A DNA stretch of 64,000 nucleotides from an uncultured Spirochaetota bacterium. Its GTDB lineage: Bacteria; Spirochaetota; Brevinematia; Brevinematales; JAOACQ01. Below are positions 43,334 through 53,092 of this stretch, in pieces. The notes below the pieces were generated by a model. The model made no database searches. It was not told the DNA's origin and saw only the letters and a list, made by a program, of their open reading frames with translations. The DNA lies in NCBI GenBank assembly GCA_963783575.1, contig CAWAOD010000005.1, forward strand, positions 288,001 to 352,000, in the 5' to 3' direction. A program made the translations under genes and the position numbers. How positions within the stretch are numbered: position 1 is the stretch's first letter; each line of letters starts with the position of its first letter.

Positions 43334-43954
43334 TTAACCCTTATGAGCGATTAAAATAAATTGATCATAACTTCTAATATTGCCATCTTTATCCGGTCTT
43401 TTAACTATATTATATTTATATATATTATCAACAAATAAATTACTATTATTAAACATCCCCTTTATTTCTTCTATTTCAAATCCATTATGTTCCACTTTCT
43501 CCAACCCATGGAAACTGCCATCTTCTTTATACAAATCTCCTATGACAATACATCCGTTTTCTCTTAACAAACTATGTAATATATTTAATACATTAGGAAT
43601 ATTTTTTATATGATGAAATGTCATTGAGGAAATAATCAAATCAAAACTTGACTGACTTATTTTTAATTTTTCTATATCACCTTCCATAATTTCAATATTT
43701 TTCAAACCGGCATTATAAACCTTTGTTTTTAATACTGAAAGCATTGCTTTTGAATTATCGATCATTAAAATTGAATTCACTAAAGATGAAAAAGATAAAC
43801 CTGCTAATCCTGTACCGCAGCCAAAATCTAATAATCTTAAATCGTTCTTAATCTGCACTTTCTTTTTTACTTCATCAGAAAATTTTTTTGATATTTCTAC
43901 ATAAAGAGGATTACAATCCCACATTTTTGATTTTTCTTCAAAATTATCAGTCAT
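43334..43954 (-). CDS. Class I SAM-dependent methyltransferase
   Basis: LDFGCGTG, FDLIISSMTFHHI, DL.KEDGSFH...HNGF. Confidence 0.9.
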   Translation of the reverse strand: MTDNFEEKSKMWDCNPLYVEISKKFSDEVKKKVQIKNDLRLLDFGCGTGLAGLSFSSLVNSILMIDNSKAMLSVLKTKVYNAGLKNIEIMEGDIEKLKISQSSFDLIISSMTFHHIKNIPNVLNILHSLLRENGCIVIGDLYKEDGSFHGLEKVEHNGFEIEEIKGMFNNSNLFVDNIYKYNIVKRPDKDGNIRSYDQFILIAHKG

Positions 43955-44010
43955 AAATATTTTTCCTCAAATTAATTTTAATAAAAAATAACATGGACCT
44001 TTTGGTAAAT

Positions 44011-44646
44011 TCATGCTTTTTTCAGTGAAATAAAAGCGGATAAAATCCGGAACTCGTTCTTTACATAAACATTCCTGATATAAACTCCCGGCTTATCATT
44101 TTTAATTATTGCAGGAGCAAAATTGACAATACCTTTTACTCCTCCTGCGATCAGCTTATCGGCGACGGACTGAGCGGAAAATTCGGGGACAGTAATAACA
44201 CCCAGTTCAATTGACATTTCCCGGACCCTTTCTTCAATCTCATATGCCGGAAATAGTGGAATATGAGTTTTCATCATCTCAATCCTGTTAATATTCGAAT
44301 CAAAAGCCGCCGCTATTTCAAAACCAGTAAAAGCGGTTTCCCCGTAATTTAATATAGCCGAACCGAGCCTTCCCACACCCACAATACAGGATTTCCTTTT
44401 TATATCAATGCAAAGCCCCGATTCTATTAATTTTTTAATCTCAATTATATTATACTTTTGCCCTTCCGTTTTTTTACCCTCAATGCAGCTTAAATCCTTT
44501 CTAATAGTATGGGCTTTAATTGAAGTAAGAAGTTCCAGTTCCTTTGATGTTATAATCTGATAGCCTTTACCTATCAGATCCTCAATTACACCATATAATG
44601 AACAAAGTCTTTCTATCGACGGATCCGGTAACAGATTCCTTAACAT
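44011..44646 (-). CDS. rex: Redox-sensing transcriptional repressor Rex
   Basis: ERL..Y, ITSKEL, TIRKDLS, IVGVGRLGSAI, GVKGIVNFAP; Rex boxes upstream. Confidence 0.88.
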   Translation of the reverse strand: MLRNLLPDPSIERLCSLYGVIEDLIGKGYQIITSKELELLTSIKAHTIRKDLSCIEGKKTEGQKYNIIEIKKLIESGLCIDIKRKSCIVGVGRLGSAILNYGETAFTGFEIAAAFDSNINRIEMMKTHIPLFPAYEIEERVREMSIELGVITVPEFSAQSVADKLIAGGVKGIVNFAPAIIKNDKPGVYIRNVYVKNEFRILSAFISLKKA

Positions 44647-44667
44647 ATCCTGCCTTAATTAATAAAT

Positions 44668-44765
44668 ATGATATCTGTGAAATATTTCACAATTATTATG
44701 CATTATCATATTTAAAATGTCAAGTGTTTTTATAAGATATTTGTGAAATATTTCACAGATATCAT
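44668..44765. promoter_or_regulatory. Two Rex operators within 25-bp perfect inverted repeats flanking the rex promoter
   Basis: ATGATATCTGTGAAATATTTCACAA (44668-44692) and TTGTGAAATATTTCACAGATATCAT (44741-44765); Rex consensus TTGTGAA-N4-TTCACAA; minus-strand TTGACA (44723-44718), 17 bp, CATAAT (44700-44695). Confidence 0.85.
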
Positions 44766-44857
44766 GGATAATGATATTCTAAAATATTAAGTTTGCATTT
44801 TTTTATAAGGCAAGATAAAATAGTTTTTAGTTATAATTAAATGTTATTGGAGGCTAT

Positions 44858-45634
44858 ATGCCGCTTAAAACTAAATTATCGCTGGGTTTGGGTTTCCTTT
44901 TTATTATTATCTTTATACTGGCATTCTTTTCATCTTATAACATAGGAAAATTATCAAGAGAATCGGATAATATTCTCAAAGATAATTATAATTCCATAAT
45001 CTATTCGAAGAATATGATATCTGCCCTGGATGATATTAGAAATTCGGTAACAAGCGGATTATTTTATAATAAAACAGACAAACAATTGACAGAATTTTAC
45101 AATCAGCTTTTCGATTCGGGAACAAATGAATTTGGAATAAATCTGAAAGCGGAAAATAATAATATTACTGAAATTCATGAGAAAGAATATGTCGATATTC
45201 TCAATAAAAATTATGAAATGTTTTTAAATATCTGTTTTCTTATAAAAGGGTCGAACACTAACCCCCTTTATTTTAATGAATTCCTTTCGATTTATGAAAA
45301 ACTGAAACATTCCGTCAATGATATTAATGATATTAACATGCAGGCTGTTGTCAGAAAAAGTCAAATGGCAAAAAACGAATCGAATAAAATCATTATGTTT
45401 ATGGCAATAGTCGGCTCGTTTTGTATTATTCTCGCATTCGGATATTTCTGGTATTTTCCATTTTATATTTCCAATACAATATCATATTTATCAAATAAAA
45501 TAAAGGAACTCCTGAAAAATATGGGAATATCACTGGACACAAAAACTAACGATGAGGTTTATATAATTTTACAGGCAATAAACCTGCTTGAAAATAAATT
45601 TACATTAAAAAAAGATGATAATGATAATAAATAA
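44858..45634 (+). CDS. Stand-alone membrane sensor with MCP-type four-helix-bundle domain
   Basis: KTKL.LG.GFLF TM, ILKDNYNSI, N..NITE.HE, INMQAVVRK, second TM; no kinase or signalling domain. Confidence 0.65.
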   Translation: MPLKTKLSLGLGFLFIIIFILAFFSSYNIGKLSRESDNILKDNYNSIIYSKNMISALDDIRNSVTSGLFYNKTDKQLTEFYNQLFDSGTNEFGINLKAENNNITEIHEKEYVDILNKNYEMFLNICFLIKGSNTNPLYFNEFLSIYEKLKHSVNDINDINMQAVVRKSQMAKNESNKIIMFMAIVGSFCIILAFGYFWYFPFYISNTISYLSNKIKELLKNMGISLDTKTNDEVYIILQAINLLENKFTLKKDDNDNK

Positions 45635-45644
45635 AAAAAACTTT

Positions 45645-46157
45645 CTATTTAAAAAGCTTTAAATATTTTCCATACCCTTCCTTTTCAAGATCGGCTTTCT
45701 GTATAAAACGCATTGCAGCAGAATTCATACAGTACCTTAAGCCTGTAGGAGCTGGGCCGTCATTAAACAAATGCCCAAGATGAGAATTGGCATGGGTGCT
45801 TCTAACCTCGGTTCTTACCATAAAAAAGCTTGTGTCGGTCCTCGTTATAATATTGGTTTTTTCCAGGGGTTTTGTAAAACTCGGCCATCCGGTTCCCGAA
45901 TCAAATTTATCGGTTGAGCTGAATAAAGGTTCTCCCGAAACTATATCGACATAAATCCCTTCCCGTTCGTTGTTCCAGTATTCATTCTGAAAAGCCGGTT
46001 CTGTACCATTTTCCTGGGTCACTTCATACTGCATTGAAGTCAGTTTCTTTTTCAGTTCATTCTTATTGTATTTTTTACTGTCTTTTTCGTCTGCATAAGA
46101 TAGCATAAAAATCATACTAAATACCACTGCCAATAAAATTATATTTAATATCCTCAT
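45645..46157 (-). CDS. msrB: Peptide-methionine (R)-S-oxide reductase with signal peptide
   Basis: [43 protein letters not shown]. Confidence 0.94.
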   Translation of the reverse strand: MRILNIILLAVVFSMIFMLSYADEKDSKKYNKNELKKKLTSMQYEVTQENGTEPAFQNEYWNNEREGIYVDIVSGEPLFSSTDKFDSGTGWPSFTKPLEKTNIITRTDTSFFMVRTEVRSTHANSHLGHLFNDGPAPTGLRYCMNSAAMRFIQKADLEKEGYGKYLKLFK

Positions 46158-46249
46158 GATTTATACTCCTTTGATGATTATTCAAATAATACATCTATAT
46201 ATTTAAAATAAATATTAAGGTTAAATAAGTCAATGAGTTATGTAATAAA

Positions 46250-46395
46250 GGCACTTCTAAAAATGAGTTTTTAGAAGTGCATGTTTAAATATTGATGAAG
46301 TTTTTATCTTTCTTTCATACTATACTTACAAAAATTTAGTGGCAGTTCCATTTAATAAAAACTGGTTTTTTAATGAGATTTTCGAACTGCTCATA
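46250..46395. repeat. ~145-bp MITE/REP-like dispersed element, copy 1
   Basis: GCACTTCTAAAAA-TGAG-TTTTTAGAAGTGC palindrome, then ATGAAGTTTTT...ACAAAAATT, then GGCAGTTCC...GAACTGC; inverted copy at 57605-57753. Confidence 0.8.
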
Positions 46396-46480
46396 AACTA
46401 TTTCATAATAACAATCTTGACTTTACAGCCGGTAATTGTTTATAATTAATTATACTCACATAACGGTTAAGGAGAATCAT

Positions 46481-46855
46481 ATGAAAATTATTATAAGTAC
46501 GATTATTATGTTAATTTTGTTGTTATCCTGCAGTGAGACTCTGAATCTCAATAGGGTAAAGGGAATTCGCGGTAGTTTTGCTCCTGTTGTGACCGGTGAA
46601 GGTGTGATATTTTCCATTCTTGCTCCCGGTGCTTCATTTGTAACAATCGCCGGGAATTTTAACGGCTGGAATTCACAGACAACACCAATGACAAAGAAAA
46701 TTGGCGGCGTCTGGACAATAACGCTTCCGCTTGAAAAAAAAAGGAAATATAATTATATGTTCGTTATCGACGGATACTGGGTTGCCGATCCGGATAACCC
46801 CGTTACTGAAAATAATGGTAACGGTTCCGTCAATTCAGTTATTGTTTTGAAATAA
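46481..46855 (+). CDS. Lipoprotein with AMPK-beta/CBM48-like glycogen-binding domain
   Basis: Lipobox LLSC; APGA..V..AGNFNGW, W...LPL, Y.Y.FVIDG.W..DP.NP. Confidence 0.85.
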   Translation: MKIIISTIIMLILLLSCSETLNLNRVKGIRGSFAPVVTGEGVIFSILAPGASFVTIAGNFNGWNSQTTPMTKKIGGVWTITLPLEKKRKYNYMFVIDGYWVADPDNPVTENNGNGSVNSVIVLK

Positions 46856-46871
46856 ATTAAGGAGTAATAAA

Positions 46872-49505
46872 ATGATGAAAAAAATTATAATTTTATCAGT
46901 TCTTATATTTTGTTCTATTTATATATACTCTGAATTTGATATCTCTAAACTGAGCCTGGACAGAAATGTTCAGGAATATACTTTAAGCAACGGGCTTAAA
47001 GTGCTCATCAAGGAAGAAAACTCCGTACCGCTTGTCGGATTTTCGGTTACTTATAAAGTTGGTTTCCGGAATGAAAATGTGAATGGAAAAACCGGACTTA
47101 CCCATCTTGTGGAACATATGATGTTCAAAGGAACCCGGAATTATAAAAAAGGTGAAATTGCCAGGACTTTTGACGATGCCGGGGTGCATTTTAACGCTTA
47201 TACGGCTTATGATAAAACATCCTATTTTGAAATTCTACCAAAAGGCGGGCTTGAAACCGTAATTAAGATCGAATCCGACAGGATGGAAAATTCGATTCTT
47301 GCCCCGGATGAGTTTAAATCGGAAGACAAAGTCGTTTTAAGTGAAATAAAGCGTTACGAGAGTAATCCCGGCAATATGCTGGAAAGAAAGCTCCTTGGGT
47401 CGATTTATAAAGATCATCCGTATGCATTTATGTACGGTGCGATTAGCGATGTGGAAAAAGCTGAAAGGGATTATGTCTATAATCTGATTTACAAAAAATA
47501 TTACTGCCCGAACAATGCCTATATTGTTATTGTCGGCGATATCAAAGCCGATGAGGGAATGAGCCTGGTCGATAAATACTTTGGAAGCATCCCTCCCAAT
47601 AAAGATTTACCTGCAGAAAAACCTGATCCTATGAAGTTCACAACAAATGTTTCTATTTCAATGGAAGGTTCGGCAAGCGAGGATTTCGGCGAATTGAAGT
47701 TCAATTTGCCCGGGTGGGATATCAATAATAAAGATTTTATTGCACTGTCTTTCATTTCTTCGGCCGGAATCATAAACGGATTCGATTATGAAGCGACCCC
47801 TGACGGAGGGATAGGCACTTTAGGCTTTTCCGATGAGCCTTATTATCCCGACGAAACTATTGATACAAATTTTATTTCTGGCAATTTCAATTACTTTCAG
47901 ACAAAGATGTTTAACCAGGAAGTTATGGGATATGACACGATAAACTCCATCATGAATTCCCTTGTATATTTTGAAAGATACGGGAATTACCGGGATTATG
48001 AAAAGATATTTCAGGCATTCGGTAAATTGACCCCTGATGATGTTATCAATGTAATAAAAAAATATTTATCCAGAGAAAATGCCGGTTCAGGATATTTTAA
48101 AGTCAAGACTATGGATAAAAGGTTTAAGCCGGAAACTGTAACACAGACTGCTGAAAATTTCGGAAAGGACATTGATTTCAGCGATCTTGAGAATCCGACA
48201 CAGGAGCAGATAAATAAAACCCGGGAAATAGGGGAAACGGTATTCACTAATGCAAATATGACAATAAAAAATTACCTTTCCGATATGAAAGAGGAAAGAT
48301 TAGACAACGGCCTGACAATTATTTTCAAACCGTTATCTTTAAACAGGAAAATTTCCATTTCATTAGGAATTAAAGCCCCGGCATATTTTCAAAAAAGCCC
48401 TTATCAGCATGATATGGTTTATGATCTTGTCTTCGAGGGCGGGCCGCAGATTTTAGTCAGGAATGATCTTGAAAAATACGGCGCGAATTTTGGAGGCGAT
48501 TCCGGCTTGAATTTTACGGAATATAATATTGAAGTGCCTGTTGACAAATTTTCCGGTGCAATAGACTGCCTTGCCTTATCGCTTAAGGACAGGATATTTA
48601 TGCCGCTTGTAATGGATGAATTAAAGTTTAATTATATGAAAAGTATTGAGGAATCCAGGCAAAATCCCGATCCGAATTTCCATGCAAACCATGAATTGGG
48701 CAAAATGCTTTACGGGAATAAAGGTAATGGGTTGAACTATTTTGCGCAAAAAGAAGACATTCTTAAGAAAAAATTGAAAGATGCAGAGGATTTTTATATT
48801 TCATTTTACCGTCCTGAAAATACGGTGATCGTTATTGCGGGCAATCTGGATTATACGGATGTTTTAAAAATCGTCAGGGAGCGGTTTGGGGGCTGGAAAC
48901 AGAAACCCGCAGTTATAATTAATAATATACCGCCCCTTGAGAAACCGGACAAAAATATTACAAAAAAGGTTGATATGCCGGTTCAGCAGACCATAGTGTT
49001 GATGGCGGCTCCATCAACGAGTTATGCTGATATAACAAATCATATCGCTCTTTTAGTTGCCAATGATATTTTCGGAGGCAGCGGCCTGACTTCAAGGATC
49101 GCCCGCATGGTCAGGGATAAATACGGCCTGACATACAGCATATATTCTTCCGTTTCTCCATATGGCGGGCAGGATATTTTCAGCCTTTCAATGCAGAATT
49201 CCGGGCAGGATGTGGAAAAAGCCATGGCCATGTACCGGGAGGAACTCAAAAAGTACAAGGAAACAGGCCCTAACGAGCTTGAAATCGCAAGATTTAAGAA
49301 TAAATCTATGAGCGATGTTCTGTTCGGCTATGAAAACGGCTCATCAATAGCTTATCGCCTTCTTTATTATTCAATGGCCAGGAATAATATTAATGCGGAT
49401 AAATTGTTTATAGATATTCTCCATTCACTGAGCAGTGAAAGAATAAATGAAGCCTTAAAGGATGGGATTCCCGAGAAATATTTTATTTCAATAGCGGGAG
49501 AATGA
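46872..49505 (+). CDS. M16-family zinc peptidase (exported)
   Basis: Signal peptide; TLSNGL, HLVEHMMFKGT (HxxEH), NAYT..D.T.Y, SRI..MVRDKYGLTY. Confidence 0.9.
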   Translation: MMKKIIILSVLIFCSIYIYSEFDISKLSLDRNVQEYTLSNGLKVLIKEENSVPLVGFSVTYKVGFRNENVNGKTGLTHLVEHMMFKGTRNYKKGEIARTFDDAGVHFNAYTAYDKTSYFEILPKGGLETVIKIESDRMENSILAPDEFKSEDKVVLSEIKRYESNPGNMLERKLLGSIYKDHPYAFMYGAISDVEKAERDYVYNLIYKKYYCPNNAYIVIVGDIKADEGMSLVDKYFGSIPPNKDLPAEKPDPMKFTTNVSISMEGSASEDFGELKFNLPGWDINNKDFIALSFISSAGIINGFDYEATPDGGIGTLGFSDEPYYPDETIDTNFISGNFNYFQTKMFNQEVMGYDTINSIMNSLVYFERYGNYRDYEKIFQAFGKLTPDDVINVIKKYLSRENAGSGYFKVKTMDKRFKPETVTQTAENFGKDIDFSDLENPTQEQINKTREIGETVFTNANMTIKNYLSDMKEERLDNGLTIIFKPLSLNRKISISLGIKAPAYFQKSPYQHDMVYDLVFEGGPQILVRNDLEKYGANFGGDSGLNFTEYNIEVPVDKFSGAIDCLALSLKDRIFMPLVMDELKFNYMKSIEESRQNPDPNFHANHELGKMLYGNKGNGLNYFAQKEDILKKKLKDAEDFYISFYRPENTVIVIAGNLDYTDVLKIVRERFGGWKQKPAVIINNIPPLEKPDKNITKKVDMPVQQTIVLMAAPSTSYADITNHIALLVANDIFGGSGLTSRIARMVRDKYGLTYSIYSSVSPYGGQDIFSLSMQNSGQDVEKAMAMYREELKKYKETGPNELEIARFKNKSMSDVLFGYENGSSIAYRLLYYSMARNNINADKLFIDILHSLSSERINEALKDGIPEKYFISIAGE

Positions 49506-49508
49506 AAC

Positions 49509-49940
49509 TTAATTTTCCTCCAGAAGTTCTTTTATTTTATTGAGAACCATTTTCCAGTTTTCAGCAGAATGGTTTTTTTCCTCGATGGTTGAGTTATTGT
49601 CTTGAGAAACCGTAAGTTCAATGCCATCTTTTTTCTTCTTAAGTTCATATGTTACATTTTTATAATTCTCAGGAATATCGGCCAAACCGGATAAACTGCT
49701 CCAATATGTTGTTTCTAAGATTTTTTCGGGAACGATTTTAATGATTTTACCTTTATCCTCATAAGTTTTACCTTCCCATACCCCTCTGTAAAAGATCATG
49801 CTGCCCTCTTTCCAATCCGATACGGCTTGTGTTCCGAATAAATACTTTTTTATCATTTCAGGATTTATCAGGGCATCCCAGACTTCTGTTACGGAAACTT
49901 TAATTATAACTGACTCTTTTGCGATTAGTCCCTTTTTCAT
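49509..49940 (-). CDS. SRPBCC/AHSA1-like protein
   Basis: VWDALINPE.IKKYLFGT..SDWK.G, YEDKG, NWKMVL. Confidence 0.85.
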   Translation of the reverse strand: MKKGLIAKESVIIKVSVTEVWDALINPEMIKKYLFGTQAVSDWKEGSMIFYRGVWEGKTYEDKGKIIKIVPEKILETTYWSSLSGLADIPENYKNVTYELKKKKDGIELTVSQDNNSTIEEKNHSAENWKMVLNKIKELLEEN

Positions 49941-50140
49941 ACAAACCCCCATAGTATAACTTTTATTATAAGATAAATAAATTACATCAACTGGTCAACT
50001 TGTATTATAGAATTACTTCTCTGTCTATAAAAGTTATTATTACCGGTTTCAAACCATGATGCTTTTTATGACATGATTAATAAAATATTGTATAATATGA
50101 TTAAGCAGATCAACAATTATTTTTAATGGGAGAACAAATA

Positions 50141-51268
50141 ATGAGAAAAACCGCTTTAGTACATGACTGGCTGACCGGAATGAGGGGCGGTGAACGTGCG
50201 CTTGAAGCGATTTATGAGCTTTATCCCTCCCCTGTTTACACGCTTGTTCATACAAAGGGCTTTAGCAGCTCTATCATCAATAAAAAAAATATTCACACTT
50301 CATCGATACAAAAAATACCATTTTCCGGTAAAATTTACAAGGGCTTGCTGTCATTATTTCCAAAAGCCATTGAAGAATTCGATCTCACAGGTTATGACCT
50401 GGTTCTTTCAACTTCTCATGCGGTTGCGAAAGGAGTTTTGACGCATTCGAACCAGCTTCATATCTGCTATATGCATACGCCGATGAGATATGCCTGGGAT
50501 TTGTATTTTCAATATTTCCGGGAAGCAGGCATAGAGAAAGGCCCTATAGGATGGTATTACCGTAATGTTCTTCATGAAATCAGGACCTGGGACATAATTT
50601 CCGCCAGCCGTGTGGATTACTACCTTACAAATTCTTCTTATGTAGCCAGGAGGATTAAAAAGCTTTATAATCGAGAAGCCGAAGTTATATTCGGGCCGGC
50701 TGATGTAAAGTTCTTTGAGATTTGTAATGATAAAGACAACTATTATTTGACAGCTTCAAAGATGACTCCATATAAGAAAATGGATATGATTGTGAACTGC
50801 TTTAAGGAAATGCCGGATAAAAAACTTCTTGTAATAGGCGAGGGAGAGCAGTATAAAAAGATAAAAAAGATCGCCGCTAAATCAAAAAACATCGAACTTC
50901 TAGGTTACCAGCCTTTAGAAGCTTTAAAATATTATCTTCAGAAGGCGAAGGCTTTTATTTTTGCCGCGGAAGAAGACCTCGGGCTTCTCCCGATTGAAGC
51001 GCAGGCATGCGGAACTCCAGTGATTGCATTCGGTAAGGGCGGCGCAGCAGAAACTGTGATTCATGGTAAAACCGGTATTTTCTTCCTTGAACAGACTGAG
51101 GCAAGCCTCAAAGAGGCAGTGCTTCAATTTGAAAGTATGGACGGCAGTTTTGACCCTGGTGTTATTAGAAAGAATGCCGAAAGATTTTCAAGGGAAGAGT
51201 TTCAAAGGAAATATCATGATTTTGTTGAATCAAAATATTCTGATTGGATGAATAATAAAAATAGATGA
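50141..51268 (+). CDS. GT4 glycosyltransferase (WbaZ-like)
   Basis: ALVHDWLTGMRGGER, CYMHTPMRYAWD, EEDLGLLPIEAQACGTPVIA. Confidence 0.9.
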   Translation: MRKTALVHDWLTGMRGGERALEAIYELYPSPVYTLVHTKGFSSSIINKKNIHTSSIQKIPFSGKIYKGLLSLFPKAIEEFDLTGYDLVLSTSHAVAKGVLTHSNQLHICYMHTPMRYAWDLYFQYFREAGIEKGPIGWYYRNVLHEIRTWDIISASRVDYYLTNSSYVARRIKKLYNREAEVIFGPADVKFFEICNDKDNYYLTASKMTPYKKMDMIVNCFKEMPDKKLLVIGEGEQYKKIKKIAAKSKNIELLGYQPLEALKYYLQKAKAFIFAAEEDLGLLPIEAQACGTPVIAFGKGGAAETVIHGKTGIFFLEQTEASLKEAVLQFESMDGSFDPGVIRKNAERFSREEFQRKYHDFVESKYSDWMNNKNR

Positions 51269-51297
51269 CTAATTTTCTTATTTTTTGAAGGTATTTT

Positions 51298-52743
51298 ATG
51301 AAAGAAAGATTGATGATTTTTGTAAGATGGGCGGCATTATTATTATTGGATCTTTTTGCTTATTATTTTGCTCTTTTCCTTGCGGTTTTTGTACGAGCAA
51401 ACATAATCAGCCTATTTTTCAGGCCTACCGCCACTTTTTATTTTTCTTACGAATATTTTGCCTCGATATGGTGGATTCCCCTGATATTGATTTGTGTTAT
51501 TTCCTTTGAAAGGCTTTATACAATCCGGTATCCTCTCTGGGAAGAAACAAAAGTGATTCTCAGGTCAACTACAATAACATTACTGTTCGTATTTTTCCTT
51601 GTTTCCGTCAGAAATATCTTCGCGGATATTTCCAGGTTGACATTTGTTCTCCTCTGGTTCTTTCTTTCAGCCTGTATGCCGCTGATCCGCTATTGGGGTA
51701 AAAGGCTGTTTTTTAATCTCGGAGTATGGAATGAAAATGTTCTGGTTTTAGGGGCAGGGGAAAGCGCGGTCAATACCGTACTTGGCCTTATTAGTGAAAG
51801 GCAATTGGGGTATAATGTCATAGGATTCCTGGATGATAAATCCGAAAAATCCGAAATTGAAATTAAACAAAAAAAATACAAAATATACGGAAAAATCAAA
51901 AATTATTCAAAATTCATTAATCTACTGAATATTTCAACTGTGATAATATCGCTTCCGGAATTATCCCGTGAGGAACTGGCCATTCTTACAAATAATGTAC
52001 AGAAAATTTCCAAAACCGTTATGCTGGTTCCGGATCTTGCAGGGATTGCTCAGATCAATACTGAATTGCATTATCTATTTATGCAGAAGACTTTTCTATT
52101 AAAAATAAATAATAATTTAAAATCCTCCATAAACAGGATTATCAAGACAATTTTTGATATAGTATTATCGATTCTGATTTTACCGTTTCTTCTGCCAATA
52201 ATCGGCGTCATTTCGATATTGATAAAACTTGACAGCAAAGGGCCTGCCTTTATTATCCAGGACAGGCTCGGAAAGGACAATACCGTTTTTCGATGCATAA
52301 AATTCAGGACTATGTTCAAGGATTCGGATAATATGCTGACAGATTATTTTGAACGGAATCCCGAAGCTTTGAAAATATGGAACAAATATAAAAAACTTAA
52401 AGAGTATGATCCACGTGTCACAAAAATAGGCAAAATACTTAGAAACTACTCTCTTGATGAATTTCCCCAGATTTTTAATGTACTTAAAGGCGAAATGAGC
52501 CTGATCGGACCGAGGCCTTATTTACCTAGGGAAAAAGGAGATATCGGCGATTATGCTGACCTGATCTTAATTACAAAACCGGGTATGACCGGATTATGGC
52601 AAATATCGGGAAGGAATGAACTTGTTTTTGATGAAAGACTGAAACTTGATACCTGGTACATCCAGAATTGGTCGCTATGGCTGGATATGATCATATTATT
52701 CAGTACACCCGGGGCTTTATTTAAAAGAAAAGGCGCTTATTAA
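51298..52743 (+). CDS. wbaP: Undecaprenyl-phosphate glycosylphosphotransferase (WbaP family)
   Basis: N-terminal TMs; KFRTM, DPRVT..G..LR.YSLDE.PQ..NVLKGEMSLIGPRP, KPGMTGLWQISGRN. Confidence 0.88.
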   Translation: MKERLMIFVRWAALLLLDLFAYYFALFLAVFVRANIISLFFRPTATFYFSYEYFASIWWIPLILICVISFERLYTIRYPLWEETKVILRSTTITLLFVFFLVSVRNIFADISRLTFVLLWFFLSACMPLIRYWGKRLFFNLGVWNENVLVLGAGESAVNTVLGLISERQLGYNVIGFLDDKSEKSEIEIKQKKYKIYGKIKNYSKFINLLNISTVIISLPELSREELAILTNNVQKISKTVMLVPDLAGIAQINTELHYLFMQKTFLLKINNNLKSSINRIIKTIFDIVLSILILPFLLPIIGVISILIKLDSKGPAFIIQDRLGKDNTVFRCIKFRTMFKDSDNMLTDYFERNPEALKIWNKYKKLKEYDPRVTKIGKILRNYSLDEFPQIFNVLKGEMSLIGPRPYLPREKGDIGDYADLILITKPGMTGLWQISGRNELVFDERLKLDTWYIQNWSLWLDMIILFSTPGALFKRKGAY

Positions 52744-52751
52744 CATGCGCA

Positions 52752-52985
52752 ATCGTTGTGCTGCCGAGCTAACGCTCGGCGATCTAAATACTTATAGGGT
52801 AGTCATCATGGAACCTCCGTGTTCCATTAGTTAACTGGCGAACGGAGTTCGCCACTGGCTGATGAGTAAAAGTGAAGTCCTCAAGGAATATCCGTGTTCC
52901 CTGTGACATCGTGTCGCTGCCGAACTGGTGTTCGGCATTTTGTTTAATTATTGGGTGGTTATTATGGAACGTCCTGTTCCCAATG
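52752..52985. repeat. BIME/REP-like array: three ~78-bp units, each with two short hairpins
   Basis: Type A hairpins at 52762 (TGCCGAGC/GCTCGGCG), 52836 (TGGCGAAC/GTTCGCCA), 52918 (TGCCGAAC/GTTCGGCA); type B at 52808 (ATGGAAC/GTTCCAT), 52885 (GGAATA/TGTTCC), 52966 (GGAAC/GTTCC). Confidence 0.75.
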
Positions 52986-53092
52986 TTGCTTGGTTTCTCA
53001 GGTTAAACAAGTCTTAAACACATATTCATTTGGAAGTCAAATAGTCAGTTAGTTACAGGGTTTAATTATTATTACATCGCTATTGATCGGGA

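Noticed and set aside
52859..52880. Hammerhead ribozyme core (CTGATGA)
   Set aside because: No stem II followed by GAAA, and no compatible flanking stems.
52752..52985. CRISPR array
   Set aside because: The repeats are not near-identical, two hairpin types alternate, and there are no cas genes in the window.
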